From Alphaproteobacteria bacterium (GTDB taxonomy: Bacteria > Pseudomonadota > Alphaproteobacteria > MPNO01), in NCBI GenBank assembly GCA_964291675.2, contig OZ219866.1:864001-928000 (forward strand): 64,000 nt of DNA, written 5' to 3'. A program made the translations under genes and the position numbers. Below are positions 1-11,036 of the stretch, piece after piece (position 1 is the stretch's first letter; every line of letters starts with the position of its first letter). Under the pieces are notes generated by a model. It ran no database searches and was not told the origin of the DNA. It saw nothing but the letters and a program-made list of their open reading frames with translations.

Positions 1-365
1 ACCAGGCGCTCGCCCATGGCGGCGGCACCGACCGCCACGGCTGCCACACGGAGACCCGGACGGGCGAGCGCCATTGTCACAATCGCAAGGACGAGGACCG
101 CGGGATCGACTGGGCGATCGTCGGCGGGGTCGCCGGCGGGGCGCTGCTGCTGTGGCTGGCCGTGGAGCTGCTCGACCGCGGCGGCGAGACGGCGGCGGCG
201 GAGCGGCTGCGGATCGCGCCCTATCCCGGCGCGGCGGGCGGCATGGGCTTCGCCGCCGAGTACGGCCTCGGCGGGGCCGGCGCGATCGGCGTCCGCGCCG
301 TGCCGCCGGTGGAGGCCGGGCACGAGCGCGGCCATGTCGGCGCCTACTGGCGTCTCGGGTTCTGA
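1..365 (+). CDS. YHYH-domain membrane/exported protein, 5'-truncated by window edge
   Basis: Frame of ORF 162..365 is open from nt 3: QALAHGGGTDRHGCHTETRTGERHCH, then a hydrophobic segment WAIVGGVAGGALLLWLAV. Confidence 0.65.
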   Translation, partial: QALAHGGGTDRHGCHTETRTGERHCHNRKDEDRGIDWAIVGGVAGGALLLWLAVELLDRGGETAAAERLRIAPYPGAAGGMGFAAEYGLGGAGAIGVRAVPPVEAGHERGHVGAYWRLGF

Positions 366-443
366 TCCGGCAGCGCGCGTCGCGCGCCCGCCGGCCGAGG
401 CACGCCTGGAGGCAGCGGTCGCGATCGTGTCCCGCGCGGCGGA

Positions 444-773
444 TCAGGCGCCGTCCTCGTGCTCGCCCGCCAGCCGCCGGCAGCGGACGGACAGGATCTC
501 GTAGCGGGTGGAGAGGTAGCTGTAGGGCTCTTTCGTGTGCGCGACCGGGACCGGCTCGCCCGCCGAGAAGGACACCGCCTCGGCACCCTCCAGCGAGTCG
601 ATCATCAGGCACATCGCCCTGGCGATGCAGGCCCGCGCCGCCTGCCACGGCAGCACGGCCGCGGCGTCCTCCTCGCCGTCCGAGAGCTCGGTGAGCCGGT
701 CCAGCAGCCGGTCCGCCCGCGCGAGCGCCTGCAAGGCGTCCTCGACCCCCGCGACGACCTGCTCTTCGCTCAT
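444..773 (-). CDS. hypothetical protein (109 aa)
   Basis: ATG at 773 preceded by GAGGGAG RBS; protein-like acidic, helical sequence. Confidence 0.6.
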   Translation of the reverse strand: MSEEQVVAGVEDALQALARADRLLDRLTELSDGEEDAAAVLPWQAARACIARAMCLMIDSLEGAEAVSFSAGEPVPVAHTKEPYSYLSTRYEILSVRCRRLAGEHEDGA

Positions 774-970
774 GTTCGTCTCCCTCGAAGTGCGCGACCG
801 GGATGCGCGTATCCGGGACGCCGGGGCTGGAACGCTCCTCGCCGTGCCGCGCCGGAGTCCGTCCAGTATACATAACAATAAAATCCTTTGCTATGACGAG
901 CAGTAATATTTGGCGCCGCGCCGTCTCCCGGGCGGAGGCGGGGTTGCCCGAGCCGGATTTTTGCACTATA

Positions 971-992
971 TTTACATTGGAAACATTGTAAA
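971..992. promoter_or_regulatory. AT-rich imperfect palindrome TTTACATTG-GAAA-CATTGTAAA, probable operator of the PIN operon
   Basis: Inverted repeat (1 mismatch) directly before ATG 993/1002; TTGCAC at 961. Confidence 0.5.
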
Positions 993-1460
993 ATGCCGCC
1001 CATGCCCGAGCTCCGCGTCGCCGACGAGGTGTGGATCGCCACCGCGCTGCTGCACCGCCAGTACCCCGACCGGGCGGATTTTTCCGTCCGCGAGATCGTC
1101 CGCCGCGCCGCCACCGCGCGCGCCACCGGGGTCGAGCCGCTGCGCCCCGGGGTGCAGTCGCATGCCTACAGCCACTGCGTCGCCAACCGGCCGCCCGGGC
1201 CGGGGCGCTACCGCATGCTGGTCGAGACCGCGACGGGGCGCCGGCGGCTGTACCGCCCGGGCGATCCCTGCCACCCGCTGCGGGCGCGCGGCCGGCATCT
1301 GCCCGACCCGGCCCGCGTGCCGCCGGCCTGGCGCGGGCTGATCGGCTGGTACCAGGACGAAGTCGCCGGCGCGGGCGACGACCCGATCCTGGCGCTGGCC
1401 GGATTCGGCGGGGCGGCGGCCGAGGCCTGGCTCGCCGCCTGGCGCGAGGGCAGGCGGTGA
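993..1460 (+). CDS. hypothetical protein, putative atypical antitoxin
   Basis: GTGA overlap with downstream PIN gene; C-terminal tail DPILALAG...AEAWLAAWREG resembles VapB neutralising tails; start could be 1002. Confidence 0.6.
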   Translation: MPPMPELRVADEVWIATALLHRQYPDRADFSVREIVRRAATARATGVEPLRPGVQSHAYSHCVANRPPGPGRYRMLVETATGRRRLYRPGDPCHPLRARGRHLPDPARVPPAWRGLIGWYQDEVAGAGDDPILALAGFGGAAAEAWLAAWREGRR

Positions 1461-1861
1461 GCCGGGTGTTCTGGGACACCGACGTCTTCCTCCACCTCGC
1501 CGGGGCCGGGGCGCGGGCGGCGCGGGCGGCGGCGCTCGGGCGGTGGATGGCCGGGCGCGGCGACGAGCTCGCGACCTCGGCGCTCACTTTGGGCGAGCTT
1601 CTGGGCGCCTGCGGCCCGGCCGGGCCGCGCTTCGCCGCCGCGCTCGCCGGCGGGGCGACCCTGCTCCCCTTCGACGCCGACGCCGCCGCCCGCTTCGCCG
1701 CGCTCAGGCGCGAGGCCGGGCTCGGCACGGCGGATGCCATCCAGCTCGCCTGCGCCGCGTCCGGGGCGGCCGACCTGTTCGTCGCCGGCGACGAGCGCCT
1801 CGCCGGGCTGCACGTGCCCGGCATCGGCTTCATCCAGTCGCTGGAGCGCGCCGCGCCCTAA
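1457..1861 (+). CDS. vapC: PIN-domain (VapC-like) toxin
   Basis: VFWDTDVF, TSALTLGE, TADAIQLACA, FVAGD acidic tetrad; GTG start overlapping the upstream stop. Confidence 0.8.
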   Translation: MSRVFWDTDVFLHLAGAGARAARAAALGRWMAGRGDELATSALTLGELLGACGPAGPRFAAALAGGATLLPFDADAAARFAALRREAGLGTADAIQLACAASGAADLFVAGDERLAGLHVPGIGFIQSLERAAP

Positions 1862-1877
1862 TGTTTCACGTGAAACA
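1862..1877. promoter_or_regulatory. parS: parS site 1
   Basis: Perfect TGTTTCACGTGAAACA. Confidence 0.95.
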
Positions 1878-1898
1878 TAGGTCAGCATTGTTGACCAT

Positions 1899-1914
1899 TG
1901 TTTCACGTGAAACA
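1899..1914. promoter_or_regulatory. parS: parS site 2
   Basis: Perfect TGTTTCACGTGAAACA; with site 1 forms a 63-bp inverted repeat 1857..1919. Confidence 0.95.
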
Positions 1915-1969
1915 TTAGGATCGCCCGGGCGGGGTGACATTTGGCCCCGGCGCCCCTAGATTCCGCGCC

Positions 1970-3812
<1,843 letters not shown>

Positions 3813-3841
<29 letters not shown>

Positions 3842-4466
3842 GCCGCTGACCCCCGAGGCCTGCGCCGCCGCGCTTAATGTTTCACGTGAAACATTAGAGC
3901 GCCTCGAATCCTATGTGGCCCTCCTCGGGCGCTGGCAGCGCCGGCGCAACCTGGTCGGGCGCGGCACCGAGGCCGATATCTGGCGCCGCCACATCCTGGA
4001 TTCGGGCCAGCTCGCGGCGCATCTGCCGCCCGGCGCCCGGCGCATCGTCGATCTCGGCTCGGGCGCCGGCCTCCCCGGGCTGGTGCTCGCCATCCTGACC
4101 GGGGCGGAGACCGCCCTCGTCGAGGCCGACGCCGCCAAAGCCGCCTTCCTCGCCGAGGCCGCGCGCGCCACCGGGGCGCGCTGCGAGATCCGCCGCGCCC
4201 GGATCGAGGACCTCGCGCCCTGGCCGGTCGATGTCCTGACCGCCCGGGCGCTCGCGCCGCTGCCCCGTCTGCTCGACTACGCCGCCCCCTTCGCCCCGCC
4301 GCTCGCGATCTTCCCCAAGGGCGCGCGCTGGCGCGAGGAATTGACCGAAGCGTCCCGGACATGGCATATCTCGGCACGCGACGCGCCGAGCGCGACCGAG
4401 CCCGCGGCGCGGATTCTCATCGTCGAGCGCTTCGCCAGGAAGGCAGCCATGACCGGCGACGCATGA
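3813..4466 (+). CDS. rsmG: 16S rRNA m7G527 methyltransferase RsmG (GidB)
   Basis: [31 protein letters not shown]; synteny. Confidence 0.93.
3878..3893. promoter_or_regulatory. parS: parS site 3, inside rsmG
   Basis: TAATGTTTCACGTGAAACATTA palindrome encoding NVSRET. Confidence 0.93.
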
Positions 4467-5266
4467 CCGGAGAGCCCGGCCCGCCCGTCCCGGGGCGCAT
4501 CATCGCCATCGCCAACCAGAAGGGCGGCGTCGGCAAGACCACGACCGCGATCAACCTCGCCGCCGCGCTGGCCGCCGCGGGCAAGCGGCTGCTGGTGCTC
4601 GACCTCGACCCCCAGGGCAACGCCTCCACCGGGCTCGGCATCGCCCGCGCCGAGCGCCGCCGGGGCAGCTACGACGTGCTGTCGGGCACGGCCGCGCTCG
4701 GCGACGTGGCCCGGCCGACCGAGATTCCGGGCCTGTTCGCGGTGCCGGCGACGGAGGACCTCTCGGGCGCCGAGATCGAGCTCGCGACACTCGACCGGCG
4801 GGTCTACCGGCTGCGCGACGCGCTCGGCGGCGCGGACGCGCTCGCCGCCTGGGACTACATCCTGATCGACTGCCCGCCCGCGCTCGGCCTGTTGACGCTC
4901 AACGCGCTGGCCGCCGCCGACCGCGTGCTGGTGCCGTTGCAATGCGAGTTCCTGGCCCTCCAGGGGCTGAGCCAGCTCGTCCGCACGGTCGAGCGGGTGC
5001 AGCGGAACTACAACCACGAGTTGCATATCCAGGGCATCCTGCTCACCATGTATGACAGCCGCAACCGGCTGAGCGCGCTGGTCGCCGACGACGTGCGCGG
5101 CTATTTCCGCGACAAGGTGTTCGAGACGGTGATCCCGCGCAACGTCCGGGTGTCGGAGGCGCCGTCGCACGGCAAGCCGCTGCTGCTCTACGACCATCGC
5201 TGCTCCGGCGCCCGCGCCTATATGCACCTCGCGGGCGAGATGCTGAGCCGGGAGGGGGTTGCATGA
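4463..5266 (+). CDS. parA: chromosome partitioning ATPase ParA
   Basis: IAIANQKGGVGKTTT, DLDPQGNAS, DCPPALGLLT, SEAPSHG. Confidence 0.96.
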   Translation: MTGEPGPPVPGRIIAIANQKGGVGKTTTAINLAAALAAAGKRLLVLDLDPQGNASTGLGIARAERRRGSYDVLSGTAALGDVARPTEIPGLFAVPATEDLSGAEIELATLDRRVYRLRDALGGADALAAWDYILIDCPPALGLLTLNALAAADRVLVPLQCEFLALQGLSQLVRTVERVQRNYNHELHIQGILLTMYDSRNRLSALVADDVRGYFRDKVFETVIPRNVRVSEAPSHGKPLLLYDHRCSGARAYMHLAGEMLSREGVA

Positions 5267-6150
5267 CCGAAGAGAGATCCAAGCTCGGGCGCGGCCTGTC
5301 GGCGCTGTTCGAGGACGACGGGCCCGCCGCCCCGCAACCCGGCGCCGGCGCGGCGAGCCTGCCGGTGGCCGACCTCGCGCCGGGCCCGTTCCAGCCGCGC
5401 GAGACTTTCGACGACGAGGCGATGGCCGCCCTGATCGACTCGGTCAAGGAGCGCGGCGTGATCCAGCCGCTGATCGTCCGCGCCGACCCGGGCGCGCCCG
5501 GGCGCTACCAGATCGTCGCCGGCGAGCGGCGCTGGCGCGCGGCCCAGGCGGCGCAGCTCCACGAGGTGCCGGTCGTCGTCCAGGAGCTCACCGACGATGC
5601 CGCGCTCGAGGTCGCGCTGATCGAGAACATCCAGCGCCAGGACCTCACGCCGATCGAGGAGGCCGAGGGCTACCGCCGGCTGACCGCCGAGTTCGACCGC
5701 ACCCAGGAGGAGCTCGCCCGCTCGCTCGGCAAGAGCCGCAGCCACATCGCCAACGCCATCCGGCTCCTCAACCTGCCGGGCCCGGTCAAGCTGCTGCTCA
5801 ACAATGGCGGGCTCTCGGCCGGGCACGGCAGGGCGCTGCTCAACGCGCCGGACCCGATGGCCGTGGTCGGCGAGATCCTCAAGCGCAATCTCACCGTGCG
5901 CGACACCGAGCGCCTGATCGCCGGCCACGCCAGCCGCGCCCGCCGCGGCCCCCGCCCGCGCGCCGACAAGCCGCACGCGATCCTCGACGTCGAGCGCGAG
6001 CTCGCGCGCTGCCTCGGCATCAAGGTCGCCATCGTCCCCCGCGAGGGCCGGACCGGCGACCTCATCATCCGCTACAACACGCTGGAACAGTTCGACGATC
6101 TGCTCAGGCGGCTGACGAAAGGGGTGATGGGGGGGGAGGTAAAGGGGTGA
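5263..6150 (+). CDS. parB: chromosome partitioning protein ParB
   Basis: [42 protein letters not shown]. Confidence 0.96.
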   Translation: MTEERSKLGRGLSALFEDDGPAAPQPGAGAASLPVADLAPGPFQPRETFDDEAMAALIDSVKERGVIQPLIVRADPGAPGRYQIVAGERRWRAAQAAQLHEVPVVVQELTDDAALEVALIENIQRQDLTPIEEAEGYRRLTAEFDRTQEELARSLGKSRSHIANAIRLLNLPGPVKLLLNNGGLSAGHGRALLNAPDPMAVVGEILKRNLTVRDTERLIAGHASRARRGPRPRADKPHAILDVERELARCLGIKVAIVPREGRTGDLIIRYNTLEQFDDLLRRLTKGVMGGEVKG

Positions 6151-6748
6151 GTGAGGTGGTTGGAGCATTACAGCATCTTTGATCTTGCCTAATCAACAAG
6201 ATTGCATGGGCGCTAAAGAATGCCCCACCCTTGGGTTCCATGGCTACGGCGGCGGTGCATGTCCCGCGTAAAGTCAATGCTCGGACTCGATCAGCCCGGC
6301 ACGAAAACAACACTCACCGAATCCGCCGCACAGTTCACCGACCGTTTGCGCGAGACCAATGGGTGAAGAAACCAACATCTCTTCTAACGGGCGTGTGCCG
6401 GGGCCGCTGTCTTGTACCGACGTATCGGCCATACAATGCCGCCCCCAATACGAAAACTATTCTATCGGACCTCTTCCAAGTCAACACCCGTCTCGGCGAA
6501 TACCTCACCCGCGTACAACCCGGGGTTTGAGTACTAACTTTATTCCGGTGCACCCTGACTCGTCGGAATCACATCACTCCCTGTTACATCTGTCGTTGAC
6601 GCAGTGGAGAAACCCAGAGTCCTAACCGTCCTTACGTACTGGAATTTGAGCGAGCTAGCCGAAAATGACCCTGATCGTTAGCTTCATCAAGCCGATGTTC
6701 ACTTAGTCGATGCAAATTAAGCGAAGTTTCGACCCAAGGAGCACAGCC

Positions 6749-8155
6749 GTGAACGACACCAAGAGAAAAGTATTAGAGCAATTAAAGCTTTATGTACTTC
6801 CAAATGGGGGAATAGGCAGTTGGTTGTCCGAAGAAACAAATGACTATGTCTTTCAAAGACTCTCAGAACTTGAAAGCACCCCTTTGTCGACGACGCAGCT
6901 CAATCAGCTCTTAGCACTTGCCCATGAGGCACCCCTAACCGATGGGTTTTTTCAATACTATTGGCTTGACTGTCCAGAACAACATCCGTACCAAATTTCG
7001 GACCTTGCCGGTAATGGCGAGCGTTGGAAAGAATCCCGGGCCATCGAATCACTCGATCATTTGTCGTGGGGACTACACAGACTATATGTGGATGGTCTCC
7101 TCTGGTTCGGTAATGTGAGGACTGCCTATCGAACATTGCGTGTCCAGAGCTACTGCTCCCTACGAGAGTTCTTCTCCAAACAGCGAATCGATACGGATCA
7201 CATCAAACAAAGGGGCCCGGCGCTCAATTTGCGGGCCATCGCTAAAGACAATCGCTACCTTATTTCCGAGATGGCATGCAAATCATACGGGGACAATCCT
7301 ACGACTAGCAGCGAACTAAAGGATATGCTCCTGCAATCTTTCCAAGAACACATGAGAAGAGGAGGTAAGGCGATCAAAATTAAAGAATTGATTGAAGGGC
7401 CGACTTCTTCGGTGAAAGATGACAGTCAAAGCCAATTCATTTTTTCTGCCGACGATGTTCTCGAAGATATTGTCGAAACAGAGGATCAACTAGTGACTAA
7501 GTATGAGGCAATCGCAGATGAATTTTTCCGAGCCAGGGAACTAGCTTTAGAAAATACAAAGTTCTACTTGTCGATGGTCGGAGATCTTGATGTATATGTG
7601 GCCACTAGTATGCGCACCCGCGCTGACTTTAGAAATATGGCGGAAACGTGCTACCGGATTTTCGGTCACGAGAAATTACAATCACTCGGTCTCCGGTATT
7701 TCGATCCTACTTTGAGCGCAGCGGCTGGGCATGAAGACAAGGGAATAATAGAGTGCTTGATGGTCAAATGTGCAAAAGCATTGGTTTATTGTGCGGGAGA
7801 CAAAGATAGCTACGGAAAGGACGCTGAGGCCGCTATGGCGCTTAGCCTCGGCAAACCAGTTATCTTTTTTTGCGATCAGGAGCGACGAAGCCGATTCTAC
7901 AGAGAGGTACATCCCCTAAGTCGCCTGATTGAATTTGAGACAGGAATTGCGGTCGGTGCGATGGTAACAGATTCGTTAGAGGACGTATCGAATCTCCTAT
8001 TCAGGATATTCGAGAACAAGATGGAATATATCTTGGAACAACCCAAACCAGGCTATCTCAGACTGAAGGAAGCTTTAACAGGGTCGGTCGTTCGTCTCCA
8101 GACTAATGATCAAATGCTACAGGAAACCTTTTGGAACTATTATCATAACAAATAG
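6749..8155 (+). CDS. low-GC protein with C-terminal nucleoside 2-deoxyribosyltransferase/TIR-like domain
   Basis: Long ORF in AT-rich DNA; GTG 6749 with AAGGAG RBS (alternative ATG 6710); VYVATSMR...YFDP...SYGKDAEAAMALSLGKPVIFF. Confidence 0.7.
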   Translation: MNDTKRKVLEQLKLYVLPNGGIGSWLSEETNDYVFQRLSELESTPLSTTQLNQLLALAHEAPLTDGFFQYYWLDCPEQHPYQISDLAGNGERWKESRAIESLDHLSWGLHRLYVDGLLWFGNVRTAYRTLRVQSYCSLREFFSKQRIDTDHIKQRGPALNLRAIAKDNRYLISEMACKSYGDNPTTSSELKDMLLQSFQEHMRRGGKAIKIKELIEGPTSSVKDDSQSQFIFSADDVLEDIVETEDQLVTKYEAIADEFFRARELALENTKFYLSMVGDLDVYVATSMRTRADFRNMAETCYRIFGHEKLQSLGLRYFDPTLSAAAGHEDKGIIECLMVKCAKALVYCAGDKDSYGKDAEAAMALSLGKPVIFFCDQERRSRFYREVHPLSRLIEFETGIAVGAMVTDSLEDVSNLLFRIFENKMEYILEQPKPGYLRLKEALTGSVVRLQTNDQMLQETFWNYYHNK

Positions 8156-8198
8156 TACAGTATGCAAGTAGCTTTTTCACAATGATTGAATGGTGAGC

Positions 8199-8996
8199 CT
8201 ACGCATCCTTAAGCGTGATAATTGTGGATCGCGCCCTCTCTAATTCTCCGGCCGGAACCAGACGGTAGTGGCGTTCCTCAAGCACCTGAATCTCGTCGTC
8301 CTGCAATGTCAATTCGATCAGCGCGATCTCCCCATTCTTCATGAGCTGCGCGGCCACCGGCCGGCAATGAAGGCTCCGAAATTTCTCTTCTACGAAGGCA
8401 ATGTCCTGGATGACCTGCACGACGCCGATCCGGTCCTTCCCGACCTTCGCCTGAACAGGAATTATGTGATGGCCACCGTCCTTGTCCAAGCCGATATAGA
8501 GCTCGTCGACCTCGATCTGTCCCATTCCTTCTACAGTCGTTCGGAGATGGTTTTGCAGGCTGTAGGTCGTGAGGCCGAGGAAGGTGTCGATCAGCCGGTT
8601 GTACCTGACGATCGCCAACAGAGCCTGCTCGTCGCCCATCGCGTGGAACCGGATGAGCTCGGGCGTTGCGTCGGGGATGTCGGTGACGACGAGCCCCTCC
8701 CGCGGCAGGATGTTGGCCTTCCTGAAAAGCTTGAACCGGTATCGGCCCTTACCCGCGCCCAGAATAATCCACTCGCGCCCGTCCGGCTGCGTCGCGAGGA
8801 TGCTTTCGGGCAATTTGCGCCGGTAACGGAAGGAATAGGGAACGTCGCCGATATTCCTGACCCGCGCAAAGCCGAGAGCGGCGGCGCCGGTCTCCAGCTC
8901 CTCTCGCACGAACTCGAACTCCGTCGCCCCGTCCGCATAGTGGTCGAAGAAGACCTTTTGGATCAGTTTCTGGTATCGGTTCAGGTCCTCAGCCAT
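8199..8996 (-). CDS. putative type II restriction endonuclease (XorII-like)
   Basis: Overlaps the MTase stop; PD-(D/E)xK-like EVDELYIG...PVQAK; recalled family motif YSLQNHLRTTV. Confidence 0.7.
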   Translation of the reverse strand: MAEDLNRYQKLIQKVFFDHYADGATEFEFVREELETGAAALGFARVRNIGDVPYSFRYRRKLPESILATQPDGREWIILGAGKGRYRFKLFRKANILPREGLVVTDIPDATPELIRFHAMGDEQALLAIVRYNRLIDTFLGLTTYSLQNHLRTTVEGMGQIEVDELYIGLDKDGGHHIIPVQAKVGKDRIGVVQVIQDIAFVEEKFRSLHCRPVAAQLMKNGEIALIELTLQDDEIQVLEERHYRLVPAGELERARSTIITLKDA

Positions 8997-10320
8997 AGAC
9001 CGCCTGCCCGCCCACCCGCTCGCGCTCGATGTCGACCTGCTTGCGCTTCCTCGCGCCGCTCTTCCGGTCGCGGCGGCTGGGCGGCGGGTCCACTTCGAAA
9101 TGCGCGGCAGCGGCGGAGATGTCCAGCGCCAGGAGCCCGGAATTTCCGAGAGACAGCGTTGTCTCCGCCGGGGTCGGGGCCATCCCCAGCGCCTCCATCA
9201 CCCCCCAGGCGACCGCCCGTGCCAGCGGCGGCGGGACGGCGTTGCCGATCTGGCGGGCGCCGTGCCACTTGGTCGCGTGGAAGCGGAACCAGTCGGGGAA
9301 GCCGTGCAGCCGGGCCATCTCCCGCACGGTGACGCAGCGGTCGTGGCGGTAGTGGATCGGCCGCGGGCTGGTGAACGCCCCGCGCGCCCCGTCGGTACCG
9401 GCGCGCAGCGTGTTGCTTACGCCGCTCTCGGCGAGCTTGAAGAAGCGGCTGATGGGCTCGACGGTGCCCGGTCCGGTCTCGCGGAAGCGCCGGCGCGATA
9501 TGCCGGTATGGGCGGTGCGCGCGCTGGAGGTCAGGACGGCCGGGTCCCATTCCCGCACATAGCCGCAGTGCCAGGCATCGTTGGCGAGACAGCGGAGCGC
9601 GGCCGCGTAGGCAGACGGCACGCCGTAGCCGGCGGTTCGGACCGAGTCCGACTCGGTCAACGTCTCGAAACCGTCGGCGTCGGGCAGGTCGCCGAGCGCG
9701 TCGCCGCAGGTCGGGCCGTCGGGAAGACCCTCGCTGCGCGGCCGTCTGCCGGCGATATTCGTCGTGGGTACCGGATACCCGGGCAGAGCCTCGCCCTTCC
9801 GCGCGCCGAGCAGGATCAGGCGTTCGCGATGCTGCGGCACGCCGAAGTTGCCGGCGTTCAGCACCCGCCAGGGTACCCGCACGTCGTAGCCGGCCTGCGC
9901 GAATTCCTCGACCAGCTCGTCGAGGAACGCGCGGTGCCGGCCGACCGTGAGGCCCTTCACGTTCTCGAACACGAAGGTCCGGGCGTCGAGCTCGGCCACG
10001 ACGCGCACGAATTCGCGGACCAGCCGGTTGCGCGGGTCTTCGAGCGCGCGGTGGCCGATCAACGAGAACCCCTGGCACGGGGCGCCGCCGAACACGCAAT
10101 CCACCGGCTTGCCGCCGATCCCGGCCGCCTTCGCGATATCCTCGCCCGACAGGGCCTCGATCGGCCGCGGGACGACCGCCGTCCTCGGGAAGTTGTACTT
10201 GTGGACGGCGCAATGCACCGGGTCGATCTCGACCGCCGCGGCGACGTCGAAACCGGCCTGCTCGAAGCCGAGGCTCAGCCCGCCGGCGCCGGCGAACAGG
10301 TCGATACCGATGGGTCTCAT
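8989..10320 (-). CDS. DNA (cytosine-5)-methyltransferase, M.XorII-like (predicted CGATCG)
   Basis: Motifs I DLFAGAGG, IV GGAPCQGFS, VI FENVKG, VIII PQHRER, IX/X TVREMARL...IGNAVPP; specificity inferred from recalled similarity. Confidence 0.92.
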   Translation of the reverse strand: MRPIGIDLFAGAGGLSLGFEQAGFDVAAAVEIDPVHCAVHKYNFPRTAVVPRPIEALSGEDIAKAAGIGGKPVDCVFGGAPCQGFSLIGHRALEDPRNRLVREFVRVVAELDARTFVFENVKGLTVGRHRAFLDELVEEFAQAGYDVRVPWRVLNAGNFGVPQHRERLILLGARKGEALPGYPVPTTNIAGRRPRSEGLPDGPTCGDALGDLPDADGFETLTESDSVRTAGYGVPSAYAAALRCLANDAWHCGYVREWDPAVLTSSARTAHTGISRRRFRETGPGTVEPISRFFKLAESGVSNTLRAGTDGARGAFTSPRPIHYRHDRCVTVREMARLHGFPDWFRFHATKWHGARQIGNAVPPPLARAVAWGVMEALGMAPTPAETTLSLGNSGLLALDISAAAAHFEVDPPPSRRDRKSGARKRKQVDIERERVGGQAVYG

Positions 10321-10799
10321 GACGCCGAACCCGGCCCGTGGTTGCCGTCCGGTCCGATCCTAGCACGGTGCCTACCGGATGTCGATCGAATTTCCCGGCT
10401 ACCCACAAAATCCTGTAGGCGCGAGGCCAGCGCTTGGAGGTCGGCCGTTTCGCACTGCCAGATCGTAAGCACGCTCCACCCCATCGACTGTAATTGTTCC
10501 AGTTTTGTTCTATCGCGTTCGCGATTTTTGTCAACCTTGGGTTGCCAGTAAGCGAGGCGCGACTTGGGGAGACGCCCCTTGGAGCAGCCATGGCCGTGCC
10601 AGAAGCAGCCGTGCACGAAGATCGCCTTGCGGCGCGAGCCGAAGACGATATCGGGCCTGCCGGGGAGGTCCTTGCGGTGCAGCCGGTAGCGATAGCCCAT
10701 GCCGTGCAGGAGGCGCCGCACGACGAGCTCCGGCCCGGTGTTCTTGCTCTTGACCGACTGCATGATGCGCCGGCGCTGTTCCGGGGTGCGGGTGTCCAT
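10317..10799 (-). CDS. vsr: very short patch repair endonuclease Vsr
   Basis: MDTRTPEQRRRIMQSVKSKNTGPE, LPGRPD, FVHGCFWHGH, IWQCE; ATGA overlap with MTase. Confidence 0.92.
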   Translation of the reverse strand: MDTRTPEQRRRIMQSVKSKNTGPELVVRRLLHGMGYRYRLHRKDLPGRPDIVFGSRRKAIFVHGCFWHGHGCSKGRLPKSRLAYWQPKVDKNRERDRTKLEQLQSMGWSVLTIWQCETADLQALASRLQDFVGSREIRSTSGRHRARIGPDGNHGPGSAS

Positions 10800-10878
10800 C
10801 GCGGCAAATATTCCGCTGGGGGATTGGACGTTGAAATGCACGGACATCCGTACAGGATTTCGCGCCGTCCGGCGAGGC

Positions 10879-10981
10879 CCGCCGAGACCGCGCTCCGCCT
10901 CGCGCGCTATTTCGGCACCGATGCCAGGAGCTGGATGAACCTGCAGCAGGGCTGGGCGCTCGAACGCGCGGCGCGGGACGG
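10879..10981 (+). pseudogene. duplicated 3' half of higA
   Basis: 103-bp near-identical direct repeat of 11482..11584 (AETALRLARYFGTDARSW). Confidence 0.85.
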
Positions 10982-11007
10982 CGGCAGCGATCGATCGCTT
11001 GATTTCT

Positions 11008-11028
11008 GTATATCGAAATGCGATATAC
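11008..11028. promoter_or_regulatory. higBA promoter/operator palindrome GTATATCG-N5-CGATATAC
   Basis: Perfect 8-bp inverted repeat after TTGATT (10999), ending 8 nt before the higB ATG. Confidence 0.65.
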
Positions 11029-11036
11029 GGCGCAAC

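Noticed and set aside
6231-6625. ORFs 6231..6530, 6335..6553 and 6359..6625 as genes
   Set aside because: Mutually overlapping, no clear RBS or recognisable motif; region kept only as an unexplained finding
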